A stretch of DNA of 51,481 nucleotides from a virus (Duplodnaviria; Caudoviricetes), in the IMG/VR virus record IMGVR_UViG_3300048576_000578, positions 1 to 51,481 of that record. One strand, written 5' to 3'. Below, piece by piece: positions 10,459 through 19,597 of the stretch. A model generated the notes under the pieces. It worked only from the letters and a program-made list of their open reading frames with translations, made no database searches and had not been told where the DNA came from. Each line of letters begins with the position of its first letter. Positions within the stretch are counted from its first letter, which is position 1. Position numbers and translations under genes: made by a program.

Positions 10459-11487
10459 TTAGTTACCCTCGTAACTCCAGTTGTGGTTGACCGAGCCAGA
10501 GTAGCCGGTGCTGCCGCCAACCGAGGCGTTGAGGTTGTTGTAGAGGGCCGTCGCCATCTGCGCAATCCCCTGTGCATCCGTCATAAGAGCCTTCGCCTTC
10601 TCACCGAGAACGGACATCTTGGCCGCCTGATTCTTGGTGGCAACGTCGAGGTCGGAGGTGGCGTTGAACTGGTCAACACGGGTCTTCAGCTCAGCCGCCG
10701 CGATCTCGGCGCGGTAGAAGTCCGCTGCAGAGCGGATCAGCTCGCTCTGCATGTTCGTGATCTTCACTGCGTCTCCGGGCGAGGTGGCCAGCGTCTGGAT
10801 GTAGCCCAGCGTGGCGGTCATGGCCGACTGACGCAGGCCCAGGAGCTGCTGCACGCTGAACTGCTGGAAGTCCAGAGCGATCTTGGCGAGCGCACGCGCA
10901 GCGCCGGCGATCTCGCCCTGGGCCTTGCGCTCGATCTCGATGATGGCCCCCGCCGCTTGCCCCGGCGGCAGTGGGAAGCCGCGAGAGGCAAACGCACCGA
11001 GCACCGAGGACTTCGCCCGCTCTGCGTCGGAGAGGATGCGGGTGCGCTCGTCCTCGAACACAGCATCACGCACCGCTGCCGGGATACCGGAGTCTTCCGG
11101 GTTGTCCAGCGCATCCTGCAGCCACTCCTGCGCCTTGGCGAAGCCAGCCGACTCGTCGGGGAAGTGAGTGCCAATGAAGACAGTCATGCGAGCAGTCAGC
11201 TCGTCCATCATCTCCTGGTACTGCACCTTGTAGAGCTCGACCGAGTCGTCGACGGTGGCCGGGATGTCGACCGCTGGCGCAGTGACGGTCGGAGCCGTGA
11301 TATTCGCCTGATCGGCAATCTGTGGGGCTTGGTCGATGTCCAGATAGCTGCCGGTGGCGGCGTCGACCTTGGCCGTGTATGCCGAGGACTTGGCGCCGGC
11401 CTCCGTCCAGGTAGCATCGATGACCTGATTGAGCAGTACGAGGGGCGACTCGATGTCACCCGGATCGATGGTTGTTCCAAACGCCAT
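10459..11487 (-). CDS. Putative virion/ejection protein (about 342 aa, helical)
   Basis: ATG at 11487 with GGAGGG RBS; between tail and ejection genes; Ala/Gln-rich. Confidence 0.5.
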   Translation of the reverse strand: MAFGTTIDPGDIESPLVLLNQVIDATWTEAGAKSSAYTAKVDAATGSYLDIDQAPQIADQANITAPTVTAPAVDIPATVDDSVELYKVQYQEMMDELTARMTVFIGTHFPDESAGFAKAQEWLQDALDNPEDSGIPAAVRDAVFEDERTRILSDAERAKSSVLGAFASRGFPLPPGQAAGAIIEIERKAQGEIAGAARALAKIALDFQQFSVQQLLGLRQSAMTATLGYIQTLATSPGDAVKITNMQSELIRSAADFYRAEIAAAELKTRVDQFNATSDLDVATKNQAAKMSVLGEKAKALMTDAQGIAQMATALYNNLNASVGGSTGYSGSVNHNWSYEGN

Positions 11488-11489
11488 TG

Positions 11490-13061
11490 TCAAACCCTCC
11501 TGTTGGATTTTGCAGGGGCGAACTCAACGCTCGCCAGAATGAAGTCACCACCGTTCGAGCCGATCAGCTTGAGGTGGAAGTAGTTGTCTCGCAAACCGAG
11601 CCCCGGATCGACACGATGAGTCGCCAGAGAATCAGCAGAGAATGTCCGAGCAGAATACTCGAAATCGCCCTCCACCGTGCCGATGCTCACGGCAAGTGCT
11701 TCGTCGGACTGCGCACCGAGGTACATCGCCGGCATGCTCTTTTCCTCGCTAGTGCCGAAGTTCTCGAGACCGAAGTCGACCTCATAGGGTGCTGCGGCAG
11801 CCGTATCGATCTCGTAGATGCCATCAGCCTTGGTGGCGTAGCCGGCGTCCCAGGACGTGAAGTCGAAGTCGTCGTAGCGGGTGGCTGCACCAGTCCCGAG
11901 ATTCAAGCACCAGCCGCAGGACACGACACGGTCACGGCCATCGGTCGTGATCAGTGAGGTGACGGCGCGAGCCGGAAGGTCGTCGACATCGACCGAGTCG
12001 ATCATAGGCAGCTCAAGCTCACCGCCGGGGTTCAGGATTGCCACACCCTTCGTCGAGAACCAGCCGCTGATCTTCTTGTCAGGGTGATCGAACTCGGTTC
12101 CAGGAACTGCGCCGAAGCGACCGATCGGCTTCCACACAATCTCCACGCTGTCGAGGTCTCGACCGGCGATGTAGCAGGTCTCGCTGTCAGTGGCCACATA
12201 GATGCCGTCGTGTGCGCCGGCGGCACAAGTGATGTTGCTCGGGAACGTGACGCTGCCCCGCGACGGCAGGTAGTAGCCATAGCGATAGGGCTGGCTGAAG
12301 TAGAGCGTTTTACCGACGACCGAGCAGAGCCTGCCGTTGTGCTCGAAAATGCGCGTGCCAGCCGGAAGCGGAGCTTCGTGTTCGAGGATCGCTGCGCGAC
12401 CTTCGGGGGCTGTCGCAATGTCGAACGTGGCGTCACCGACCTCAAGCGTGGAGTGCAGCAGCGGAACATCGCCGTCGTTGCCGGTGATGTAGACGTTGAT
12501 GTGTGTGGCACCCTCCGGTGCCGCCGGCAGCGTGACACGCACACCGGTCGCTTCGATCAGGGACATCTCCGACAGCGCACCCTCGTGTTCCCCGTCAGAG
12601 AAGGACAGTGCCACGCGGTAGCGACCAGTGCTGAGCGCCCCAGGAATCTCGACCAAGGTCGGAGCACTGGGGGCTGGCAGCGCCCACGGCACGATTGCTC
12701 CACCGGCAGTGCGGCGCAGACCGTCTGTGCCGTTCGAGAAGTAGAGGCGCCCATCTGCAACTGTTGCATAACTCATCGGATTGTTCGTGGACAGCAGGCG
12801 CAGCAGACTGGTCGTCGGATCGGGCAGGTCGATTGCACACAGTGCGCCAGCGATCACCACCATGCCCTGGTGCAGCGAGTGGGCTCCTGCGATCTCGGCA
12901 AAGCGAGTGACACCGACGCGACGAAGCAGCGAACCGTCATTGTCGACATCTACGTTGAGCGCGTCGGCAAGATAGCGACCGCCCTTGTCCTTGTCATAGA
13001 GCGAGGTGGGCGGGCGCCGGTTGTTCACGCCCAAGAACATCGGGTAGCGAGTGGTTTTCAT
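11490..13061 (-). CDS. Putative tail nozzle / stabilisation (tubular protein B-like) protein
   Basis: N-terminal FLGVNN...ALNVDVDNDGSLLRRVG pattern typical of podovirus nozzle proteins; beta-rich; start overlaps upstream stop. Confidence 0.55.
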   Translation of the reverse strand: MKTTRYPMFLGVNNRRPPTSLYDKDKGGRYLADALNVDVDNDGSLLRRVGVTRFAEIAGAHSLHQGMVVIAGALCAIDLPDPTTSLLRLLSTNNPMSYATVADGRLYFSNGTDGLRRTAGGAIVPWALPAPSAPTLVEIPGALSTGRYRVALSFSDGEHEGALSEMSLIEATGVRVTLPAAPEGATHINVYITGNDGDVPLLHSTLEVGDATFDIATAPEGRAAILEHEAPLPAGTRIFEHNGRLCSVVGKTLYFSQPYRYGYYLPSRGSVTFPSNITCAAGAHDGIYVATDSETCYIAGRDLDSVEIVWKPIGRFGAVPGTEFDHPDKKISGWFSTKGVAILNPGGELELPMIDSVDVDDLPARAVTSLITTDGRDRVVSCGWCLNLGTGAATRYDDFDFTSWDAGYATKADGIYEIDTAAAAPYEVDFGLENFGTSEEKSMPAMYLGAQSDEALAVSIGTVEGDFEYSARTFSADSLATHRVDPGLGLRDNYFHLKLIGSNGGDFILASVEFAPAKSNRRV

Positions 13062-15370
13062 CAAATCTTCTCCGTTCTGATTCGCTTCTTCTTCCGATAG
13101 AAAATCGGCGCAACGAAGCGCTTCTGGTATGTGAATCCGGTGGACGTGTCGAGTCCTGGGTCAATCGGCGTAATCGTCCCATCAGCGTTCGCGTGGTAGA
13201 TGCCCATGTCCTCTGCATCAGAGTATCCAGGTGGCGCGTCGGCTGGACAGATGACGAAGTGCTCACCTGACTGGTGTGCCGCCATCAGAAAGTATTCCGG
13301 AAAGGCCTCGCGCACGCCTGCTGAATCTACAACCACTGGCGTGCTAGTGGCCGCGCCCTGTGGATACGAAACAGCGGGACTTACACCAGTCATCGACGGC
13401 TCGCCGATTTGAAACGACTTTCCGGCGAGCCCGCGAAAGTAGTCGCGCGGCCCGGTAATCCAGGCGTTGTGCCGAAGCTCGAAGCTCCAGATGCGTTGCT
13501 CGGAGTAATTTTCTGTGTTAGTTACCGCGTCTTCAATCTCGTCACCGCCGCTTGAAGGCGTGGATGAGTATGAGACTGCAATGCAGTTCAGGGTGACGCT
13601 TTCCCCGTAGATCGGATTCACCGGCGCCGTGACAACCACGGAATGCGAACTCAGCGTGTAGCTTGGCTGTAGGCCACCCGGAAAACTCCATGCGCATCCA
13701 TCAACCGTAGCGGTCGTCGATGTCGAGGTGTAAATCTCGGCTCCGCTCGGCAGGATTAGCCCAGCGGATGCGCTTGATGTCGTGGTGCTTGTCTGGTCGA
13801 TCGCTCCGCTTGCGCCAATCCTCCGCCCAATGTTCGTCTGGTTGAGCCAGCGAAACACTGATGCGTCTTCGGTCAGGCAAACAAAGCCCTCAGTATCTGG
13901 ATGGCCTGACCTGTACGGCAGGCCGCCTCCGCCGTCCATCTGCCCGAGCTGCCCCTTAGAAATCGCCGCCGCCTCTTCCTCTGTGTATGAACCGCCGCCT
14001 TTGTCTGACCAGTCGATCGCCATGATCGTGTCGATGTTCTGCTGGTGTGCGGCCGCCGTGTCGATCGTCTGTATTTCGTAATTCGCCGGCTCGCCGATGC
14101 GCTCTTTGCCAGTAACGGTGCGGCGAAATGCTCCGAACCGCCACAGCTTCTTCAGCGTGTCGCCTGTGTAGTCGATCGCGATACATCTCTTCTCCGACTT
14201 GTACAGGTCGTTATCGAACACCAGCGTCGGAATCTCGTCCCGTAGCTTTGTCGTCCCACCTCCGGGCAGTGGCGAGTAAATAGCATCCGACCCGTCGATC
14301 TGGTTCGGCGTTTCGGTGTAGCCGTAGGCGTCCGCTTCTTCCTCTGCCATCGCCAACCCAGGAACTGAGAACTTGCGGATCACGATACGGCCAGTCGACC
14401 CGACCAGACCAAGCGCGGCGATTTCGGTAGCCGATCCGTTGAACACAGGCGGGTGAGACAAGACGAAGGCAGCGTCGTCGAGTTGAGACGTTGATGCAAT
14501 GATGTCCCAGCCTTCGCAATACGTTCCGTCCGCAGCACGAGCGGCTTGGCCGATGAGCGTGGCTGTCGTGCCGTCAGTCACAAGCGCGATGACGCGCCAC
14601 GCTGGCGGCTTGCCCGCGAACGTGTGCCACACAGCGGCGCTGCATAGTACCCAGCTGCCTTCCTTGCTTGAGTAGTCGACCGTGTTCAGCTGCAACACGC
14701 CGCCGACCTTCTTCTCATAGCGCCAAGTGCCTCCGAGCTGCAGCACCTTCTCGCCGTCCAGATACACCGATGGGAAGCGATCCGCCAGCTTGTTGTAGGA
14801 GTTCGGAGCGTAGTGCGGGCCGTAGAACGGCTCAGCATTATTCGGCTCACCGTCCGGTGTGTATTTGCCACCGCAGCGAGCCGTGCTCCAGGTCACAGTG
14901 ATGTTGTCCGGATCGTCAGCGCCGGCGGACGGGAACCAGTCGATGTTCCCGCGATGGTACGTGCGCAGCTCCTTCGTCTTCAAGAGGTCGAGCTCACCGG
15001 ACGTGATCCAGAGCTCTTTGTGCGGCTTCTCCGGGACACCATACTCGGGCAACAGCTGTGTCCTGTCAGAAGGCGGGCGATAAAAGCCTCCCCATCCAGG
15101 ATTCAGCCCGAGCGACAGGTCGCTGTAGCCGATGACCGGGTAGGCCTGGAAGACGTAGCGGAAGTCGCTGTCGAACGCAGACTCTGGCTTCGTGGTCGTG
15201 AACTGCGGAAACCCGTTGCGGGTTTTCAGCATCGTCTCCGAGCCGTCAGCATTCACGCGGTAACTCTTGCTGATGCCGCCAACGTCGACGCCACTCATCA
15301 TCTGGCGCTCGTTGGCGCGACCGGACGGCGGGCCTACGCGTGTCGGAAGGTTCTTCTTGTCGTCGGACAC
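13061..15370 (-). CDS. Large beta-rich virion protein (about 769 aa), possible receptor-binding/tail component
   Basis: GTG at 15370 directly after the upstream stop; Ser/Thr/Gly-rich; in the tail region; no family recognised. Confidence 0.45.
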   Translation of the reverse strand: MSDDKKNLPTRVGPPSGRANERQMMSGVDVGGISKSYRVNADGSETMLKTRNGFPQFTTTKPESAFDSDFRYVFQAYPVIGYSDLSLGLNPGWGGFYRPPSDRTQLLPEYGVPEKPHKELWITSGELDLLKTKELRTYHRGNIDWFPSAGADDPDNITVTWSTARCGGKYTPDGEPNNAEPFYGPHYAPNSYNKLADRFPSVYLDGEKVLQLGGTWRYEKKVGGVLQLNTVDYSSKEGSWVLCSAAVWHTFAGKPPAWRVIALVTDGTTATLIGQAARAADGTYCEGWDIIASTSQLDDAAFVLSHPPVFNGSATEIAALGLVGSTGRIVIRKFSVPGLAMAEEEADAYGYTETPNQIDGSDAIYSPLPGGGTTKLRDEIPTLVFDNDLYKSEKRCIAIDYTGDTLKKLWRFGAFRRTVTGKERIGEPANYEIQTIDTAAAHQQNIDTIMAIDWSDKGGGSYTEEEAAAISKGQLGQMDGGGGLPYRSGHPDTEGFVCLTEDASVFRWLNQTNIGRRIGASGAIDQTSTTTSSASAGLILPSGAEIYTSTSTTATVDGCAWSFPGGLQPSYTLSSHSVVVTAPVNPIYGESVTLNCIAVSYSSTPSSGGDEIEDAVTNTENYSEQRIWSFELRHNAWITGPRDYFRGLAGKSFQIGEPSMTGVSPAVSYPQGAATSTPVVVDSAGVREAFPEYFLMAAHQSGEHFVICPADAPPGYSDAEDMGIYHANADGTITPIDPGLDTSTGFTYQKRFVAPIFYRKKKRIRTEKI

Positions 15371-15371
15371 A

Positions 15372-15602
15372 TTACGCCTCCGTGCGCAGCTCAAGCGCTC
15401 CAGAAACAGAGGCGGTCGGAACATCCCCTGTGCGGAGCCAGATGCGCGACTTGCAGAACACGAGCTGGGACACAGCGGAGGTCAGACAGAGCTTGCCGGT
15501 GACACGAGCTTCTTCAGGCGTTTCTTCGACCGGACCCAGCCCACCATCTCCGCAGTCGAAGATATCCGGATCGAAAATGTCGAAGTCGAAGACGCCGCTC
15601 AT
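15372..15602 (-). CDS. Hypothetical protein (76 aa; FDFDIFDPDIFD N-terminus)
   Basis: Fills the operon exactly, with TGATG coupling to the upstream gene. Confidence 0.55.
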   Translation of the reverse strand: MSGVFDFDIFDPDIFDCGDGGLGPVEETPEEARVTGKLCLTSAVSQLVFCKSRIWLRTGDVPTASVSGALELRTEA

Positions 15603-16060
15603 CAGGCAGGCTCAATCCCAGAGAAGGCAATCCACATCGCCTGTCCGTATATCGTGGCCGGCGGGTCGGTTGCCACGCCGGAGTCGTTGAGCAGCGAGAT
15701 GCGCGAAACGTATTCGTCGGAATCGGGGAGATACAGGTCATCCGTGACGCTGAAACGCCACCCGCTCGGCAGCGGCGAGTGGGGGATGATCACAAGTTGC
15801 CCGTTGGCGAATCCGTTTGCACAAGCCTCGGCAAACGCATCATGCGCAGTTGTCGGCCCGGTCGTGTTGTAAACGCCAGCAGAAACCCGTGACGCAGATT
15901 CGCCGAAGAATGTCGCGGAACCGGTTCCAATCTGGAATTCCCATGCACCAAGCAGCATGGAAAAGCCAACCCCGAGTTTGTGGTCAGCATTCCACGCTTG
16001 GCCAGAGACCTTACCATCCTTCGGCGTCAGTTCTTGCGCCTGGTAGTCGTGCTTGATCAT
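15602..16060 (-). CDS. Hypothetical virion-associated protein (152 aa)
   Basis: Translationally coupled on both sides within the structural operon. Confidence 0.55.
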   Translation of the reverse strand: MIKHDYQAQELTPKDGKVSGQAWNADHKLGVGFSMLLGAWEFQIGTGSATFFGESASRVSAGVYNTTGPTTAHDAFAEACANGFANGQLVIIPHSPLPSGWRFSVTDDLYLPDSDEYVSRISLLNDSGVATDPPATIYGQAMWIAFSGIEPA

Positions 16061-16461
16061 CAGAGCCTCACGTAGCCTGGCGCCATCTCGACCGGATCGC
16101 CTTCGACGATGCCGAGCGTGGTCAGCTTGGCGAAACCAGAGCCGCCGACGTAGGAAACGTCGGTATCGATCACAACAGTGCCGTCTCCATCCACCCAGCG
16201 AACCCAGCGGCAGATTCCCGTTTCAAGGCCGACAGATGGCTCAACAGCGGAAATCAGCAGGCGGCCGCTGGAATCGGTTGTCCATGAGTCAGGATCAAGT
16301 TCAAGCTCGAATAGCTTGGTCTCGGCGGTAGCGCCAAGGTCGTTTGGCATGGTTCCGGTGTAGCCCATCACCTTCGGCACGCCAGCGCCTTGCGAAAGCG
16401 GCACCTTGAATGCAGCTACAGCACCGGCGGCGCTGGCTTCTGCGTTGATGACGTACTTCAT
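16060..16461 (-). CDS. Virion structural protein (133 aa)
   Basis: YTGTMP...TGICRWVRWVDGDG..VIDTDV pattern common in small phage structural proteins; operon position. Confidence 0.55.
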   Translation of the reverse strand: MKYVINAEASAAGAVAAFKVPLSQGAGVPKVMGYTGTMPNDLGATAETKLFELELDPDSWTTDSSGRLLISAVEPSVGLETGICRWVRWVDGDGTVVIDTDVSYVGGSGFAKLTTLGIVEGDPVEMAPGYVRL

Positions 16462-16463
16462 GG

Positions 16464-17141
16464 TCAGAGACCTCCGTAGGCGACAGTCCGCGGCTTGTTC
16501 TCGTACCGGGACTTCTCGCGCCGCACCATGGCGCAGTATTCGTTGAACATCTGGCCATAGCGCTGCGAGGCCTGGGGATCGAAGGTGTCCGCATCCGGCT
16601 TCAGGTAAGCAAGGCTCGCCATCCAGTAGGACAGGTAGATGTGGTGGATCGGATCGACATCGTCCAAGGTTGCGTCCTTGGTATCGATCCGGCTCAGCGG
16701 GAGGCGCGAGATGTGCAGGTTGACAGTGTCGTCCTCGGTCGGCACCTTGATCCAGCGCACCTTGGCGCGCTCCATGCCGATCACCACGGCCTCGACGCGC
16801 CCTTCGGCGGTCGTCATCCAGTTCGAGCGGCGACCGTAGTCGGAGGACGAGAGGTGGACGTTCTGGTAGTTCAGCAGTTCGAGCTGACGACCGTTCGACG
16901 CCAACGTGGCACCATGGATGGTCAGCACACTCGGGTGGAGCTCGGCGACGGCTTCACCAGCGACGACAGCGACTTCGCACGCCTCGCTGGTGAAGTCAGG
17001 GATGCCGCCCGTGAGACGAGCGAACATCTCGTAAGCTGCGTTCGCATACCCGTACGCCTCGGCGTTCGACCAGAGGAAGGGCGCCTTCACATCGCGGACG
17101 ATGGAAGTGCGCCAGTGCGAAACGAGCTCCGTCGAGTTCAT
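16464..17141 (-). CDS. Head-tail adaptor / tail tubular protein A-like
   Basis: DVKAPFLWSNAE N-terminus and H..L..WMASLAYLKPDADTFD C-terminus typical of podovirus adaptors. Confidence 0.65.
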   Translation of the reverse strand: MNSTELVSHWRTSIVRDVKAPFLWSNAEAYGYANAAYEMFARLTGGIPDFTSEACEVAVVAGEAVAELHPSVLTIHGATLASNGRQLELLNYQNVHLSSSDYGRRSNWMTTAEGRVEAVVIGMERAKVRWIKVPTEDDTVNLHISRLPLSRIDTKDATLDDVDPIHHIYLSYWMASLAYLKPDADTFDPQASQRYGQMFNEYCAMVRREKSRYENKPRTVAYGGL

Positions 17142-17144
17142 GGC

Positions 17145-17519
17145 TTAGGCCTTGCTCGCGTTGTAGGCCTTCCAGGCGGCCACAACTTCGTCGCGGTCGA
17201 CATCGAAGCCGAGAACTGCTTCCATCGACTTGACAGTCGGCGTGCCACCGCCGGTGAAGTCGTCGGAGTTGTTGCGCTCGACGATCAGTTCGATGGCGGC
17301 GCGAAGCTGGGCGTCACGCTCCTTGCCTTCGGGGGCGGAAGCGACCTTCGGATCGACCGGAACCAGGGACGGGGTCTCGTCTTCAACGGCCTCGGCACCG
17401 ATACCGACGACATCCATCACCATGTGATGCGGGACGTTGGTCGGCTTGTCCTTGACGAAAGAGATGACACCCTTCGGGGATCGGAAGGTGAAGTCACGGT
17501 TCAGTTTGAATTGCGGCAT
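17145..17519 (-). CDS. Hypothetical phage protein (124 aa)
   Basis: GAGG RBS; C-terminal DFTGGGTPTV...LGFDVDRDEV..AW small helical domain seen in phage head-region genes. Confidence 0.6.
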   Translation of the reverse strand: MPQFKLNRDFTFRSPKGVISFVKDKPTNVPHHMVMDVVGIGAEAVEDETPSLVPVDPKVASAPEGKERDAQLRAAIELIVERNNSDDFTGGGTPTVKSMEAVLGFDVDRDEVVAAWKAYNASKA

Positions 17520-17547
17520 TTGCAGTACCTCGCGTGGTTAGAGTAAG

Positions 17548-17562
17548 CAGAGTTTATCAGAG
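17548..17562 (-). promoter_or_regulatory. Segment A promoter-like motif, copy 2 (CTCTGATAAACTCTG)
   Basis: Intergenic, upstream of the ATG at 17519; extended -10 TG-A-TAAACT. Confidence 0.6.
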
Positions 17563-17566
17563 AATG

Positions 17567-17995
17567 TCAGGGTTTTTGTACAGGAGGTAGCCCGAGCGAA
17601 GCCTTGAACTTCTCCCACATCGCCATTGCGATAAAGACGACCGCCAGCCATGCCACGCCGCCGAAGACCTTCTTCGCCACGTCAGTGCCGATCTCAGCCC
17701 AGCGCTTGCTGGTCTTGATCAGCTCGTCGTGATGGTCATGATGCCCATGATAGTCGCGGGCACCTTCGTCGTTCTTCGGAAAAGCCCGCTTGATCAGCTC
17801 CACGTCGTTGTGCAGGTGCTGAATGTCAGCCTTCTGCCCGATCATGTCGATATGGATGGCGCCCAGCTTGGCATTCGTGGATTCGAGCTGGGCGACCAGA
17901 TAGCGCCAGAGATCGCCCTCGGCCCCTTGCGGCGTGATCGGCGTGGTTGTGCTCCTGCGGTCCACGCCGTCCCAAGCAGTCTGCGAGTCGCTCAT
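17567..17995 (-). CDS. Lysis-cassette membrane protein (coiled coil, C-terminal TM, N-terminal WDGVDRR)
   Basis: Coupled to Rz by ATGA overlap; hydrophobic segment VFGGVAWLAVVFIAMAMW. Confidence 0.55.
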   Translation of the reverse strand: MSDSQTAWDGVDRRSTTTPITPQGAEGDLWRYLVAQLESTNAKLGAIHIDMIGQKADIQHLHNDVELIKRAFPKNDEGARDYHGHHDHHDELIKTSKRWAEIGTDVAKKVFGGVAWLAVVFIAMAMWEKFKASLGLPPVQKP

Positions 17996-18480
17996 CGCTT
18001 CGGCTCCAGGATGTCGATCAGCGCGTTGAGCTGGTCGCGGCAGGCTCTCCAGCGCCGTCCGTTTTCGATCTGGGTGTCAAGGACTCGGTCTGCAGCAACA
18101 CCGGCTCCTGCGGGCGCACCAGTAGGCTCGGCGGAATCTCGGCTTGCGCTTTGCAGGGCGGCGTCGTGCAGGCTGGCAAAAGCAGGAGTAAAGCGAACAC
18201 CACCGCCAGGGAGGCAGTTCGCGAGCTGATTGTGCTGTTCATCAAGTTTTCTCCGGAGGGTTGTCGCTTTGTCGTTCGCATCGTTCAGCGCAGTCCCGTA
18301 GGCCTGAGCTACCACCGCTGCCCGCTCCGTCTCGGCCTCCACCAGCTTGCTCTGCCGCTGATCCCGCTCCAGCCACTCCGCTCGCTCCAAGTCTTTCCCT
18401 ACGCTGATGCCAGAACCAAAAAGCACGAGGGCTGCTGAGAGTGCGGCGAGTAGTGACCATGGGTTAAGTCCTGGGATCAC
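17992..18480 (-). CDS. Rz-like inner-membrane spanin
   Basis: GTG overlapping the holin stop; N-terminal TM then coiled coil; carries an embedded lipoprotein ORF. Confidence 0.7.
   Translation of the reverse strand: MIPGLNPWSLLAALSAALVLFGSGISVGKDLERAEWLERDQRQSKLVEAETERAAVVAQAYGTALNDANDKATTLRRKLDEQHNQLANCLPGGGVRFTPAFASLHDAALQSASRDSAEPTGAPAGAGVAADRVLDTQIENGRRWRACRDQLNALIDILEPKR
18018..18242 (-). CDS. Rz1-like outer-membrane spanin lipoprotein embedded in Rz
   Basis: Alternative frame within Rz; signal peptide ending in lipobox LLLPAC; Pro-rich mature part. Confidence 0.7.
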   Translation of the reverse strand: MNSTISSRTASLAVVFALLLLLPACTTPPCKAQAEIPPSLLVRPQEPVLLQTESLTPRSKTDGAGEPAATSSTR

Positions 18481-18671
18481 GGCTTGGCCTCGCGCTGACG
18501 GATCAGCCGAGCCAGGATGATCGCAATGGCCATCCACTTGACCCAGCCTTCTGGCATGTAGGTTTGGGCAGCAGGCAGGTATTCGTAGGCCGCGTCGAGC
18601 AGGGCCAGTGCGGCGGCGAGCTGAACGCTGAAAAAGGACCAGGCATTGCGCCAGTCGTCGATGAGCTTCAC
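18477..18671 (-). CDS. Holin
   Basis: 64 aa, KLIDDWRNAW..FSVQ start, two hydrophobic segments and a basic tail; between endolysin and Rz. Confidence 0.75.
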   Translation of the reverse strand: MKLIDDWRNAWSFFSVQLAAALALLDAAYEYLPAAQTYMPEGWVKWMAIAIILARLIRQREAKP

Positions 18672-19048
18672 GGGTAGAACCTCCGATGCAGTTCGAAGTG
18701 TGGGCCGTCCTTCAGGGTCTTCCAATCACCGCCCCAGACGATCGGGACGTTGAGCTGCTGGGCGGCAACCTTCATTGCCGTGGCGATGGTCTTGTACAGC
18801 GGCCAGTCCCAACGCACTTCGCCCCCTACCATGGCACCGAGATCGACGGCATGACCTGTGATGTGCCGGCTGTTCATTGTCTGCGATGCGCCGGCGGCGT
18901 ACAGCTGCGACTGCTTGGCCTTGGTGCGCAGACCTTCGAGGACGCTGAAGTCGATGTCGCTGATCTCGATGGCACGCTGCACCACTTTGACCAAGTCTGG
19001 GTGAACGCCTTGAAGCCGTTCAAGCGACCGCTTTCCGAGTTTGAACAT
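18668..19048 (-). CDS. Endolysin, peptidase M15 family (L-Ala-D-Glu peptidase-like)
   Basis: EGLRT, SRHITGHAVD, WGGDW and DGPHFEL motifs. Confidence 0.9.
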   Translation of the reverse strand: MFKLGKRSLERLQGVHPDLVKVVQRAIEISDIDFSVLEGLRTKAKQSQLYAAGASQTMNSRHITGHAVDLGAMVGGEVRWDWPLYKTIATAMKVAAQQLNVPIVWGGDWKTLKDGPHFELHRRFYP

Positions 19049-19066
19049 CACCAGCACCTCGTTTCG

Positions 19067-19120
19067 AAAAAGGGGAGGTTTCCCTCCACTTCTTAAAAAG
19101 CCCTGAGCCGAAGCCCAGGG
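19067..19120 (-). terminator. Two tandem intrinsic terminators after the capsid genes
   Basis: Minus strand CCCTGGGC-TTCG-GCTCAGGG-CTTTTT, then GGAGG-GAAA-CCTCC-CCTTTTT. Confidence 0.7.
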
Positions 19121-19138
19121 AACACCCCACGCAAGGAG

Positions 19139-19570
19139 TTAGGGATTCACTTCCGTGCCGCGGCCTTCATGGATGTACAGGACGCGCACCGACATCTTGC
19201 CGGCGGTACAGACATCGTCGGAGACGCGGGTAAGGCGCAGCGGGCCGGTGACACGGTAGCCGGTCGGAACCAGCGCGGTACGACCCGCGGCCTTCACGTC
19301 GGTGGAGGCGAGGTAGCGGTTGGCAGAGTCGGCATCGCCGATGGTGATGTCGTAACCGGCGGTGTCGAAGGCGGTGTCGGTCACGACCTCGCCACCGACG
19401 ATCACGGCATCAACCGGCAGGTTGATGATGTCGAAGGCAGCGGAGGCGATGTTGGCCTTGCCGAAGTCGAGCTCGGTGCCGGCGACGGACACCATGGTGT
19501 CGTCGAAGTTGAAGATGAATTCCGCTTCCATGACCGGCTGGGCGGTGCGAGTAGAGATGAGTTTCGTCAT
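19139..19570 (-). CDS. Capsid decoration/cement-like protein
   Basis: 143 aa beta-rich protein directly after the major capsid gene; GGAG RBS. Confidence 0.6.
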   Translation of the reverse strand: MTKLISTRTAQPVMEAEFIFNFDDTMVSVAGTELDFGKANIASAAFDIINLPVDAVIVGGEVVTDTAFDTAGYDITIGDADSANRYLASTDVKAAGRTALVPTGYRVTGPLRLTRVSDDVCTAGKMSVRVLYIHEGRGTEVNP

Positions 19571-19597
19571 TGTGTTTCTCCTGTGAACCAGCGCTGA

